64,000 bases of DNA from Azolla caroliniana (Eukaryota; Plantae; Polypodiophyta), in assembly GCA_043228905.1 (NCBI GenBank), contig JBHGNT010000002.1:12586001-12650000 (forward strand), in the 5' to 3' direction. Shown piece by piece: positions 49,801 through 62,676 of this stretch. The notes under the pieces are model-generated. The model was not told where the DNA came from and did no database searches. It saw only the letters and a list, made by a program, of their open reading frames with translations. A program made the position numbers and the translations under genes. How positions within the stretch are numbered: position 1 is the first letter of the stretch; every line of letters begins with the position of its first letter.

Positions 49801-51745
49801 TTTGTTTTCAACGATGAGACCCATAGCTTCTGGCTGTGGTCATCTATGAACGTCACGAAGTACTACGATCCGGCATGTGACTTCATGTCCACTTGACACA
49901 CATCGGTATGCACCAACTCCGGTGGTGCATTCCGTCTCATCAGTGGTCTTGACCAGAAGGAGGTTCGGTTTTGCTTGCCAGCCAAACAATCGGTGCACTT
50001 CTCAAGATGCACGTCTTTCACCTCCGGATGAGATTGTCTTTGGCAACTTCCGACTCATATGACACAGTCTCTTGTGCCATAGCTCATCGGCAGTGTCGGA
50101 TGCTACGTTCACTTCTTCCTAGCATATCCGGGCATGCATCAGGTACAGTGTTGATCTTCCAGGCTCGAGCCACAATCAGGCTTCCTTTGCTGAATTTCAT
50201 GACTCCGTTCCGGATGCTACCCGTGTAGCATTCATCATCTAGCTGACCGGCTAATATCAGGTTCAATCAAACCTCTGGAACGTGTCAGACTTCTTTCAGT
50301 AGCAATTTGTATCTGGTTGATGTTGTCAACAACACATATCCTATGCTGACAATTCGGCATGTACCTTCATTCCCCATCCGGACAAAACCGTGATCTCCTG
50401 CTATGTAGGATGAGAAGCATTTTCGGTCCGGTGTCAAATGGAGTGACGCTCTGGAATCGACAACCAACGTTGTCTCGCCGCCTACAAGGTTTAACTCATT
50501 CTCCTTGGCAATGAGCATCAGTTCTTCTTCACTTGTAACGATCGCCGACGTTCCTTTCCGATCTGGACCTCTCCGGTTTGAACTCTTCTTCGAATCGGTG
50601 TTGTTGGCCCCTTTCTCTTTTCGGAAATACCGACAGTTCTTCTGGAAGTACCCCTCCTTCCCATAGTAGAAGCAAGTAGGCGTCTCCCTTGATTTCGACC
50701 TCGTCCCCGATTTGTCCCGGTTTTGGGGACTCCGATACCGGTCTAGGGACAACTGCTTTCCTTTCGGCCTGGCGTTTCCCAAAGTGACAACTAGCATCTC
50801 CCAACTATCGGGGAGGGAGCCAAGGAGGAGCATTGCAAGTACCTCGTTGGCTAGAGGTACTTCAAGCGAAGTTGTTTGATTTATGAGCCCTTGAAATGCG
50901 TTCATGTGCTTTGCCATGTTGGATACATCCTGGTACCGGAGTCTCACTAACTTCTGGAATACCAAAACCCGATTTACGACGTTTTTACTCTCCAGCATGG
51001 TGCCGATTTTCTCCTAGAGCACATGAGCGTTACTTTCCTCATTGAAGTTGTTATGTAGGCTCATGTCCATGAAGCACCAGATGTATGCCACTGTCTTCAT
51101 GGGCATCACCTCCCATGTTGTGGCATTGATCTTATCTGGTTTCCTGTCCCCAAAACGTACCGGCAGCCAGAGATCTTTGACCATGAGCATGTCCCTCATC
51201 TTCGACTTCCACACTAGGTAGTGGGAGCCGGTGAGCTTGAACATGCCGCCAAATGATTCTTCCATTTCATTTGTTCACTCTGATACCAGTTTGTACGGAA
51301 AATAGCGCTCGGCCACAACCGAGCCTTAAACAACGAATGGAAGAAAATCAAACTAACAACTAGATGACACAGGATGTTTACGTGGAAACCCTAAATGTGA
51401 AAAACCACGAGAGCTCACGGACTTCAACTATCACAATGAGGGGAGGAATACATTGTGAGACTTAGAGGCAACGACCTCGAGCTCCAAGTCTTCGCCAACC
51501 AGTGATTACAACAGAAAACTCGTTCTATGTGTGTGTGTCTCTCTCTCACACTCCTTGTGTACACACTCTATCAACAACTCTCATCATACATAAAGTGATT
51601 GGCCTGAGTCATATTGCACTGGATCCATCCAAATTCATTCGATCCGGTTTCCAGGTTTTATCCGGAATCCTTCTAGATCCAGATCCTTCATCCGGCTCGT
51701 CCGGTTCTCATCCGAATACCATCCGGAGGGATCGAATTCCCAATA
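46802..51745 (-). mobile_element. C5: decayed Tork-like copia (C1 relative) inserted in the C4 LTR
   Basis: LTRs 46802-47344 and 51292-51745; TSD GTGTG at 46797-46801 and 51746-51750; PBS TGGTATCAGAG 51278-51288; PPT near 47345; broken pol homologous to C1. Confidence 0.92.
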
Positions 51746-53524
51746 GTGTGTATGTGTGTGAGAGGAAGACAGAGAGAAGTAGACTTAGGAGAAACACAAG
51801 ATGGGGGGTGATTAACTCTATATTAAATTAGCATCATCTTCATTGAGATACAAAAATACCCAGAATGAGGTATATATACATCTCATGTGCAAAGGTGCAC
51901 ATGTGTGAGTAAAATATAGGTACTAAGGTGTAAGTCCTATATTAAATGTACTTAGGAGTGGAGTATCTAGAATATCCCACTTAAGAACAAGGTCCTATTT
52001 AAGGCGTTAAAGTCAACACTCCTACCTAGATTCTATCTAGGTAACCATAACGTTACATGGTTGACTAAATAACTAAACTAAGTTGAGCTTGATCTCTGAA
52101 CATGCCCCCTCAAGCTCAAGTGTGAGGCGTCTAACATCCGCATTGTCTTTCGTCGGCTTCGTGTGCTTCCATCCGGCCTTCGGCTTTCTTCACCATGGCA
52201 ATCTCTATTCGTCCCCCTCAAGCCGGTGATGAGGGCTTGTAGTGTATGGGTGAATGTCGACTACTTCCACCCATCGTGGGTTATGAGCCGCTTCGGTGGA
52301 GCTTTTGGGCTCTTGTTCGGACGCTACCTTCATCACGAAGGCATAGTGATGGCCATGTACTTGTTGTAGCCGAGCCGAGTGACAGGATTCTTCTCTCTAG
52401 AAGAGCGTCGACATTTCTCGCTCGTCGATGTGAGCGACTTCTTTACTCCGGGTGTCTGCATGATGGGTACACCAAACTCATTGTCTAGTGAGAGAGCCAA
52501 CACATCTGAATCATTGTCATCGGGTTGGTCGACTTTGTATTTGGGCATCTTACATTTGCCTTTGTCCAAGGTCGTACTTGGCTGCGACGTGCTTGTGTCG
52601 CGCAGAGGCACTTGTGGCCCCTAAGCCTTGTCGTAATCGGCCTTTCTTCGAACACGTGTTTGAAACGAGCGGAATTGGACTCGAAGTTGTCTTTGGTGCA
52701 TACCAGGATGCGGACTCGTCGAAGACTACGTCTTAACTTACCCAAACCGCTGTCGTGCCTTTCGGCGCCAGATCGTTGCGTGAGTCGGGTGGGAACCGCT
52801 GGGGTTTTGGACTAGGAAGAGGAGAGTTTTAAGGCTAATAAGAATATAAATATGTTGTAAGAAAGAGTTATAGCAAACTCGTGAATCCCACGAGTGTATT
52901 GTATTAGATTAATCAATATGAATATAAGAATATAAACTTCGGTTGAAAGAGAATGATATAGAATTCTCGTGAATCCCACAAGTATAGTTTATTAATTGGT
53001 GTGTTTTAGAAACATATCCAGTTTCCAAATATTTTTCACACACAATTACATTGTGCTCCCCATCCTTATGTAGTGATGAGGAAGTCTTAGTAATCTATGC
53101 TTTTTCTCTAACTATAGACCCCATGCTTTTCCTATAGATAGACTATATGCTTTATCTAAAGTGATCATGCTTTTTTCTAACTTGTGCGTTTTTTATCATG
53201 CATGCTAGATGTGTATGTGTAGCTTTTTCTTTTGTTATGCGTTTTTCTAATGTTTATCCTAGCGTGAATTTACCTTTCTATGTGGGACATCTATGCTTTA
53301 ACACTAATGAAATGCTAGTGTAATGGTAAGACATTACATTATTAACATGGAGGTGCAAGGTTTGAATCTTGCCCTATGCATGTTCCATTTATTCTTCTAT
53401 TTCTTCATTTTTTATTGAATCTAATACTATATACGTTTTTCACGTAGTGTACAAAATACACTACGACACTCACCCCCTCCAAACCCGCACATCCTCCGGT
53501 ATGTGCCGAAGTTGTTGGTGTTTG

Positions 53525-55429
53525 TTAGTCTCCTCCTTCATCCTCCGTTTGTCCCGCTATGTCAACTTTGTCTCTCCATTTTGAGTAGACCCATTCTTTC
53601 CACCCGAACCATTGTCGCCATCCGATCCACCATATTCTATGTTCGCTTTTTGCATGGCCCGCTTGGTCCTTGTCATCCGCGGTAGTATCTTTTCTTGCCC
53701 TCTTTCTTTTCTTCATCAATCTCGACTTCTTTTCGGATTTTCGGTTTAGTCGGATTAGCTTACTTCCGATTCGGTCTCGTCGGATCGTCTTTCGTTTAGT
53801 TCGGCTTCCTTTCCGATTTGTATTCGGTCGATCCGGACTCGGTTGATCGGTTTTTACCGATTCAGTGCTCTTTCGGGTCGGTTTCTTTTCTTTTCTTTTC
53901 GTCCGGATTTGCTTTCTTTTCTTCGTTTTCACCTGCCTTGTCCGGTTCGACTTTCGGCACTTCTTTCCGTTGTTCGCCACGTAGGTCCTCCGATATGTGC
54001 TCGTTGTTCGGTCCTCGTGTGGTTGTAATGCATGCTTCTTTTCTCGCCGTAGCGCGTGCTCTGTATTACGCGCTTCTCCCGTCGTAGACCCGACCTCCGC
54101 ATTGTCGCACTTTCTTTTAGATTGGAATTTCGGATGGATCATTTTCCATCCGAACCGACTTCCGACTTTACCTTCCTCGCCGCCATCTCCCGTCTCTCCG
54201 GTCTCACGTTGGTTCTCGGACACAACCGCCGAAGTCTCTAGATATTGTTGGCATGAATCCTCGGTATTACCTTCTTTTGTAGTTTCACCCTTAGCATTCT
54301 TCTCGGCTATCTCTTCATCGTATTCGTCGGCTTCGACATTCGTTTTCTCTCCGCCACCTTCCGTCTCTTCGGTCTCACGTTGCCTTTCGATCGCAACCGC
54401 CGGAGTCTCTGGAATCAGTGGTGGGGAAGTCTCGATATGGCAATCCGCCATTGATTCGTCCATAGCCACCTCCGATTCGATTTCGTCTTTTGTGGCTACC
54501 TCCTTAATCACATCCGCTTCACACTCTTTATCTGCATCAATTATGCAAACATCTATTATGCTTACCCCTTTTTGACCCGATGTCTCGGGCACTTGTATCC
54601 CGAAATTTCCTTCTACACTTGAATTATCGGCCTTATCCTTCGCCATCGTTCTTTCACAAGACGAGTGGGTGTCTTGTTCCACTCTTTCTCCCGTGGTACC
54701 ATCATGTTGTATTTCGGCCTTCATATTGGCTTCATCGTTTTTCCTCAATCGATCATCCTTCATAGGCCATGTCGTTGTTGACGAGATTCTCAGCTTCCTT
54801 TCATCATGTCTTCGGCATACCCTTTCGACTTTGGCCCAATCCTCGGTAAGACCGTTCGCACCGTCATCATCTTCGAGTTCGATCCCGATGTCCATCCTTT
54901 CTTTTCGATCGATCGATTTTACGAACATTAGGACTTTATCTTCTCCCACCAATCGTTGTTCCCGCTCCGAGAGTCGAGCAAAACGATGCTCGAACTCTAG
55001 GAATGCTTGTGTTGCACTTCAGTGGGTCTTCTCCGATGCCACCCATTCGTCAAATTCTCGCCGATCTTTTCCCTTCGATCTCTTGTAATCATATGCCTCT
55101 CGTAAAGCTTCTTCGAATGACCCCCATGTCGAGTTTTGTTGCCGTATCTTGTGGATTCTCTCTTGTAGCTCATCTGTGGCCACCCGATTGAAGGATGTCA
55201 CTTGCAATCCTTCCGGTATCCCACATCGTATCATCTCCGCCTTGTAGTCACGTAGATAGCGTGACACATCATTTCCGTTGAATTGTCCGTTTCGTTGTAC
55301 GAGCTGCTTTACTGCCCCCGTGATCTCCGACATCACTCGTTGTTCTTGTAGCATCCGCTCGAACATCATCATCATCGTTATGCTCATTGCCTCTTGTTGA
55401 TTCTCCATCTCCTTGCCACCCGCCTTCAC
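53525..55429 (-). pseudogene. T1 gag-like ORF with one in-frame TGA at 55019
   Basis: ORFs 55019-55429 and 53525-54952 share a frame; FNGNDVSRYLRDY..WGSFEEAL is retrotransposon capsid-like; acidic, then basic, then Trp-rich tail. Confidence 0.75.
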
Positions 55430-55442
55430 GTCGGGTTCACCA
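55425..55442 (-). promoter_or_regulatory. T1 PBS, tRNA-Trp
   Basis: TGGTGAACCCGACGTGAA, the 18-nt complement of the remembered plant tRNA-Trp end TTCACGTCGGGTTCACCA. Confidence 0.85.
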
Positions 55443-58309
55443 ACTATGTCGTGCCTTTCGGCGCCAGATCGTTGCGTGAGTCGGGTGGGAACCGCTGGGG
55501 TTTTGGACTAGGAAGAGGAGAGTTTTAAGGCTAATAAGAATATAAATATGTTGTAAGAAAGAGTTATAGCAAACTCGTGAATCCCACGAGTGTATTGTAT
55601 TAGATTAATCAATATGAATATAAGAATATAAACTTCGGTTGAAAGAGAATGATATAGAATTCTCGTGAATCCCACGAGTATAGTTTATTAATTGGTGTGT
55701 TTTAGAAACATATCCAGTTTCCAAATATTTTTCACACACAATTACATTGTGCTCCCCATCCTTATGTAGTGATGAGGAAGTCTTAGTAATCTATGCTTTT
55801 TCTCTAACTATAGACCCCATGCTTTTCCTATAGATAGACTATATGCTTTATCTAAAGTGATCATGCTTTTTTCTAACTTGTGCGTTTTTTATCATGCATG
55901 CTAGATGTGTATGTGTAGCTTTTTCTTTTGTTATGCGTTTTTCTAATGTTTATCCTAGCGTGAATTTACCTTTCTATGTGGGACATCTATGCTTTAACAC
56001 TAATGAAATGCTAGTGTAATGGTAAGACATTACATTATTAACATGGAGGTGCAAGGTTTGAATCTTGCCCTATGCATGTTCCATTTATTCTTCTATTTCT
56101 TCATTTTTTATTGAATCTAATACTATATACGTTTTTCACGTAGTGTACAAAATACACTACGACACTGCTCAAGTGGAAGGGTTGTAGCACTTGTATGCCT
56201 TCTTCTTGGACGAGTATCCTATGAGGATACATTTCTCAGACTTCGCGTCAGGCATTTGTCGGTTTTCGTTCGTGATGCGTACATTCACAATGCTTCCGAA
56301 CACCTTGAGGTGCGACAGGATCGACTTCCTTCCCACAAGGAGCTCGTATGGAGTTAGCGGATGCATTCCATTAGTCGTGCACCGGTTCATGAGATAGATA
56401 GCCGTGGATGTTGTGTCGGCCTAGTAGAAGTTCGGCATGTGCATCTCATGTAACATGGCCCATACTACCTCGAGTATTTGCCGATTCTTCCTTTTGGCGA
56501 CTCCATTTTGTTGGGGTGCGTGTCGGCATGAGACTTCTCTCCAAATTCCTTCACCTTGGAGGTAGGAGGTGAATTCCTTGGAGAAGTACTCCTTCCTTGC
56601 CTCCATCCGATCATAGGCATCGAATGTGCCGACCGGTTTCTTTTTCGACTAGGCTCTTGAGCTTTTGGAAGTGGGAGAACACTTCTCTCTTCTTCTTCAT
56701 TAGGAAGATCCACGCATAGCGCGAGTAGTCGTCGATGAAGGTGACGTTGAATCGGCATTCGCCGATCGTCAGCTTTTGAGCCGGTCCCCATACATCCGAG
56801 TGTATGATGTCGAGGAGGCCTTTGCTTGCGTAGCTCTCCTTGGGGAATGGGAGTCGATGTCGTTGGCCGAGTTGGCATGCTTCGCATACTCGGTCGACTC
56901 GAATGCCGGAAGTCCGATCACGACTCCCTTTGATTGAATTGCTCGAAGCCGTTGTTTATGTGGCCGATTCTTTTGTGTCACAACTCGATGCTTGTCTCAG
57001 TTTTGAGACATTTCACATACATGGCCGATCTAACCTCGTTTGAATCGAGGATGAACATGCGAGCATCTCTCCGCCCCTTGGCTATGAGTCGGCCATCTTT
57101 CTCGATGAAACAACCTTCATTGTTGAAGCGGACTTGCATGCCTTGCTCCACGATTTGGCCGACGGAGACCAAATTCTTCGTTATTGTGGGCACATGCAAG
57201 ACATTCTTGATCTGCAAGTTTTATTGCCTTCTCTCAAATGGGATATTGTCGATGTGCCGAATAGGAGTTGTGGTGTCGTCTTCCGTTTCTATAAAGCCGG
57301 GTTGGTCCGGCGTTCGTAACTCACGAAACCATTCTTGGTGTGACATCATATGATGTCAGGCGCCAGAATCGACGAACCACACGTCTTCTGAATTGGAGGT
57401 GCTGGCAGAGTTAGGGGCCGTCATAGAGTTTGCTCTATGCCTCATTACGAATAGTCCGTCGTAGTCATCATATTCGGGGTTGGTGGTGTTATTCGTGGGT
57501 TGTTGACTGGTCAAAGCTAACTCGTTTCTTCCTTTTCAGCACTCCTTCTCATGGTGGCCAATTTTTCCGCAATAGTTGAAGGTTGCAGACCTCATTTGCC
57601 GACCTTGTTCAGCATGGAAGCTCCCCCTTCTTCCAAAGGTTCCTCGATGGCCTCCGTGAAGGTTTGAGTTCCCTTTGTGTGATGGGCCGAATTGAGCTAT
57701 TCTACCGTTGCGACCTCGTCCGCCATGACCTCGTCCTCGGCCACCGTCCGAACTTGAGAAGAAATTTTGTCATTCCAACGTCTTCATCTTGGTTCGGACG
57801 TGGTTCTCTTCGACTAATAACATTGGTTGGAGGTCGAAGAACAAAGGAGGGGTTTCCCTTGCCAAGATTGCCGCCCTCAATGAGTTGAATTGTTGTGCAA
57901 GGCCGCCCAAGCATACTTGAACCATCTCGTTTTCATCGATATTTATTTTAATGGAGCCAAGCGAGTCGCAAATGCTCTTGATCTTGGCAGTGTAGTACAA
58001 CACGGGCATGCCTTTTTGGCGGATGTTGTTCAACTCTTGCCGGAGTTGAAGCTTTCGGGCAGTCGTGTTGGCGGCGAACATTTTCTTTAAGTTCTCCCTT
58101 GCCTCTTTGGGCGTCTCGGTATCTCGAATGTGGCTAAGCATGTGGTCCTAGACACATGTTGACAAGCAATATATGACTTGACTCATCACTTGCTCCCATG
58201 TTGAGTAGTCAACATTCTTTGGGTCGGGTCGATTTTCTTGAGCACCGTTGATGTAGCTCCAATACCCTTGCCCGACTAGGTATTGGTTCATCTTGTACTC
58301 CCAAGATAA

Positions 58310-59540
58310 ATAATTGCTTTCTCTTTTTGGTACCTTGGATGATTAACCTTAGAGGCCACCTTAATCCTAGACCCATCATCATCCATTAAGTCTTGTCTTC
58401 TTTCTTCAATATATTTGTCTTTATGTTCCAAAATAGCGACACCTTTACCTTTGTCGACATTTGCTACCTTAGTTTTCAACACCTCATTATCATTTGTGAC
58501 ATACTCTGGAATTAACACATCACCATGGGAAGTATTAATCATCTCTACTACCGGTGTTTGTTGACATTCTGCCATGAAATGGTCCAAACCACCACATCGG
58601 AAGCAATGACTGGGAAATGATCCCCAATGCAATTGACAACGAAATGACCTCATCTCCTCAATCTTTATGTTTAGCCACAAAGGTCTTTTTTTTATTGTAT
58701 TCCATAGCATACATAACTTATATCTATTATATGCTTTGGCATTTGGTTCTAGTATCACCTTTCCCAATTGTTCCATTACACCTTGAATTATAGGCCACAA
58801 AAAAAGAAAATTTACACTCTACTTCCACCCATATTGGACACTCTTATTTTAAAATTTCTTGAAATTCAACTAGTGGCCGCCAAGGGACAATATAGACTAA
58901 ATTACTATTATAAAAGACCAACACACATGATAATAATCTATCTCGTTGTTCTTCGGTTCAAAACCGCCAAGGGACAATATAGACTAAATTACTATTATAA
59001 AAAACCGACACACGTGATAATAATCTATCTCAGTTTTCTTCGGTTCAAAACACAACTTCAAAAAAAATCTCAGACCTTTGTACACATCTTCCACGTTGTT
59101 CCTACCTGCCATTGCATTTAACCATTGTGCCACCCAATGTACCAAAGGATTTTTTCCTGTAAAGAAGCAAATAATGCCTCTCTCATAAAACATGGAAAAC
59201 GCCTTAAAAATTTTCCTACGCAGAATCTCCACCTCTATGATCTCATCCTCTTCAATGTGACCGGTAAATTCTCATGGAGTGCTTCATTAGCAACTACATG
59301 CATAACTTCTCAGTAATGATCATTCCTGTTCTCCTCACCTTCTCCCATAACATGTGCATAAGATGGTTTTGATATCATATCTAAAATCCTCCTCATGCAT
59401 ATTATTAGTTCCAATCTTTTGTTTCTTCACAAGAACATCATCTTCTCCGTCTTCCCATTGGCTCTCCATTTGTCTTTCATTTATACATGTATCCATCTCT
59501 TCCATAGATTCTACGTTCCAATTACAATGAAAAGGAAATT
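58310..59540 (-). pseudogene. LINE B (L1-like) ORF1 remnant
   Basis: CFRCGGLDHFMAEC knuckle; RRM/DUF4283-like CFFTGKNP..QWL region; 87-bp tandem duplication at 58877-59050. Confidence 0.7.
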
Positions 59541-60554
59541 TATAAGATGATAATTAACTTGGAATCGACAATATGATATCCGAACTTTTTGTAGAAGAAA
59601 AATGTTGCAACACTCTCCCAATTATGTTGATGTAGCCACGCCTCCCCCTCCTCCTCTTCTTCTTCTTCATCTTACAAAGCGTCTCTATCACTCTATCTCT
59701 CTCCATTGTCTCCTTTTGATACGAGGAGGTGTGAGTGAGTAATTGGTGTGAATGTCCGAGGGGGCTTGCACCCCTATGTATCTACCCTTTTGTAACTATT
59801 TAACCCCTTATGGGGAATGAATGAAGGATAAAAGGAACATTTCTCTCAATCTTTCTCTCTTGTCATCTCTCTTTCTCCCCTCTGTTTCTTTTTCTCTTTC
59901 TATGTAGTATCCTACCATTTCTTCCTCCACCTGTCGGTCTGTGGTCCGTCGTTGTCATCGTCTCCTTCACTTTTTGGTGGCTCTGTCATCGTCATCGTCG
60001 CCGGCGTCGGTGTCGGCCATCATTCAACGTCTCCTGTGTCTTGTTGCCATTTCGGTTGTCATCGTCGTCGGTTGTCTATCCATTGGAGTCATCGTTGTCG
60101 GTTGTCTGTTCTATCATTGTCGGTGTCTACGTTTCTCTCTCTGGGTCCATCACCGTCCAGCCCATCGTTTCGGCGACCGTCTCCATCATTGTTTGATTGT
60201 TGTCTTCGTTTTGGTTGATGTCTGGCTGCTCTGGCTATTGTTCGGCCACTATCTGGGCACTCTAACTGTTGTCCGGCTGCTCCAGCTGCTTCGTTGTCTG
60301 ATCTGGCCCATCCGTTATTCCACTGCATGTTTGACCATCAATCCTTTGTCCGGCTGGTGTTCTTGGCCGTTGGTCTCGGGTTGGCTATCTATTCTGGACG
60401 TTTTCATTTGTCTTTGTCATTGTTTTTCTTCATTGCCATCGGCCTCTGTCCAGCCCTTCTAGTCGTCTCTCCTTGTTTTGTCGTCGTCCTGAATCTCCAT
60501 CTCCATCTCTATTGCTTCGTTTGTCGTTGTGTGTTTGTACGGCCTCCACCATTG

Positions 60555-62122
60555 TGTTGGGAATTCAGTCCCTCCGGATGGGATCTGGATGAGAACCGGA
60601 GGAGCTAGATGAAGGAACCGGATCCGAAAGGGTTCTATATAAGACCCGAAAACTGAATCGAGTGAATCTGGATGAATCCAATGCAAACCGGATCTAAGGA
60701 TATATGTGTAAATATGTTTCATGGTGAGCTTATTGAGGCTAAATTTATAAATAGCCCAAAATTCATATAGGTATAAATATGACTTAGGGCAATCACTTTA
60801 CAGAGTTGTAGTTGTTGTATAATCGTTGCCGTGTAGTTTTTCACACACGATATAAAAACTAGTAAAATAATTATTTAAGATTAACTTAATGTATTGATAT
60901 GGAAAGATAGATGTCTTCAAGAGCTTCATAACATATTTTACTACGCATGAAATGGATGAACAAGTATCAAGTTATGTGAGTAAGAAGTTTAAAGAGAAAA
61001 GGGAAAAAACAAAATTGTGAGATATCCCACATAAATAGGATAACATTGGATTCCCCAATATATATAGAAAACCAAAACCTATTCATTATATCAATGTGTG
61101 GAGCATAAAATGTTTACGGTGACTTGGGCTAGATTGTGTGGCACGCACATTTTGGACCTACGTGTGTGTGTGTACGTTTCGGCACGTGTGCACGTTTTGG
61201 GTGTACGCACGCGTGCACGGCCTCGTGGGATGCTCGGACGAACGTGTGGCTCGGCAGTTCACAATACACGGTTCGGATGGGCACACAGCTCGATGGTTCG
61301 TGACGCACGGCTTGGATGGGACACACGTACGGATTGCGCACGAGCTCAACTTTATGGATGATTAGGTCATTTGGCCGAATTATACGGACGGTCGCGTGCA
61401 ACTAAAAGCCAAGGCCATGTAACTAAAAGCAAAAGGCATGCAACTAAAAAAGGAAGCATGTAACTAAAAGTAGAGGCCATGCAACTAAAAGTGGACATGC
61501 AAAGTAACATTGGGAAGGGGGATCAACAAAGAGCTCAATATATGTCCCATTTTTTCCCTCTAGTTTTTGTTTTTTTTTTTCTTCTCTCTCTGATTCCAAA
61601 AACAAATTATCTCTCATATTGATATCAAACTCCTAGTTTTGGCTTGCTTGGCTTGCTCAATCTTTCTTGTCAAAAAAATTTATCTCTCATATTCATATTG
61701 GACCACTCCATATATGGTTGTTGGCTCCTTTCTTTAAAAGATTTATCTCTCATTTTCATATCCAATCCATTGTAACATGATTCTAAGCGATTTCTTTTGC
61801 AATAAACGAATGTTTCCTCTCATCTACTTGTCTTATATGTGAATCTTGCTTGTGTTGTGCGTTTGCATACTAATTCCTTCCAGTCCATAACCCCGGTGGT
61901 TCCGTCTCACGATCCGCACATAGTGACGGATTCTCACCGAATCGAGTGAATCCGGATGGATCCGATGCAAACCGGATCCAAGGATATATGTGTAAATATG
62001 TTTCATGGTGAGCTTATTGAGGCTAAATTTATAAATAGCCCAAAAGTTATATAAGTATAAATATGACTTAGGGCAATCACTTTACAGAGTTCTAGTTGTT
62101 GTATCATCGTTGTACACAGAAC

Positions 62123-62216
<94 letters not shown>

Positions 62217-62676
62217 CAGTTTCTGTTGTAACCACCGGTTGGCGAAGACATAGAGCTCGAGGTCATTGCCTCTAAGTCTTCTGTTGTACCTCCTTCCTCA
62301 TATAGTGATAGTTGTAGCTTGTGGGCTCTTGTGGTTTTTTCCCTATTAGGGTTTTTCCACATAAACATCTTATGTCGTCTCTTCGGTGTAAGTGTACGAA
62401 CCTCCACTTCTTTATTTTATTCTTTCCTTAAAGTGTTTAAAGGCTCGGTTATGGCTGAGCACTATTTTGCACAAACTGGCATCAGAGCCAACAAGAAAAT
62501 GGAAGAGTCATTCAGAAGCATGTTCAAGCTCACCAGCTCCAACTACCTAGTGTGGAAATCGAAGATGAGGGACATGCTTGTGGTCAAAGATCTCTGGTTG
62601 CAAGTATAGTTCGGGGACAACAAACCGGACAAGATCGATGCCACGACATGGGAGGTGATGCACATGAAGACGATGG
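60555..62676 (+). mobile_element. C6: 5' end of a Tork-like copia (rearranged LTR 60555-62473, PBS, gag start)
   Basis: TGTTGGGAATTC...TTGCACA; PBS TGGCATCAGAGC 62477-62488; gag MEESFRSMFKLTSSNYLVWKSKM from 62499, as in C5. Confidence 0.85.
62124..62214. repeat. (GA)n microsatellite, about 45 units, in the C6 LTR
   Basis: Pure GA run. Confidence 0.95.

Larger units (their letters stand above)
52751..56164 (-). mobile_element. T1: very young gag-only (TR-GAG-like) LTR element
   Basis: 718-bp LTRs 52751-53468 and 55447-56164 (1 difference seen); PBS 55425-55442; PPT GGAGGGGGTGAG 53469-53480; no pol motifs. Confidence 0.9.
46730..58305 (-). mobile_element. C4: C2-related copia lacking RT/RH and its 5' LTR; hosts C5 and T1
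   Basis: 3' LTR 46730-46801 plus 51746-52102; INT C-terminus 52103-52750; INT, PR and gag 56165-58305 (WFVDSGA, TTARKLQLRQEL, WEYKMNQYL). Confidence 0.82.

Noticed and set aside
44633-52102. Large inverted-repeat DNA transposon
   Set aside because: The inverted arms are LTRs of two separate copia copies (C3 and C4), each with its own PPT.
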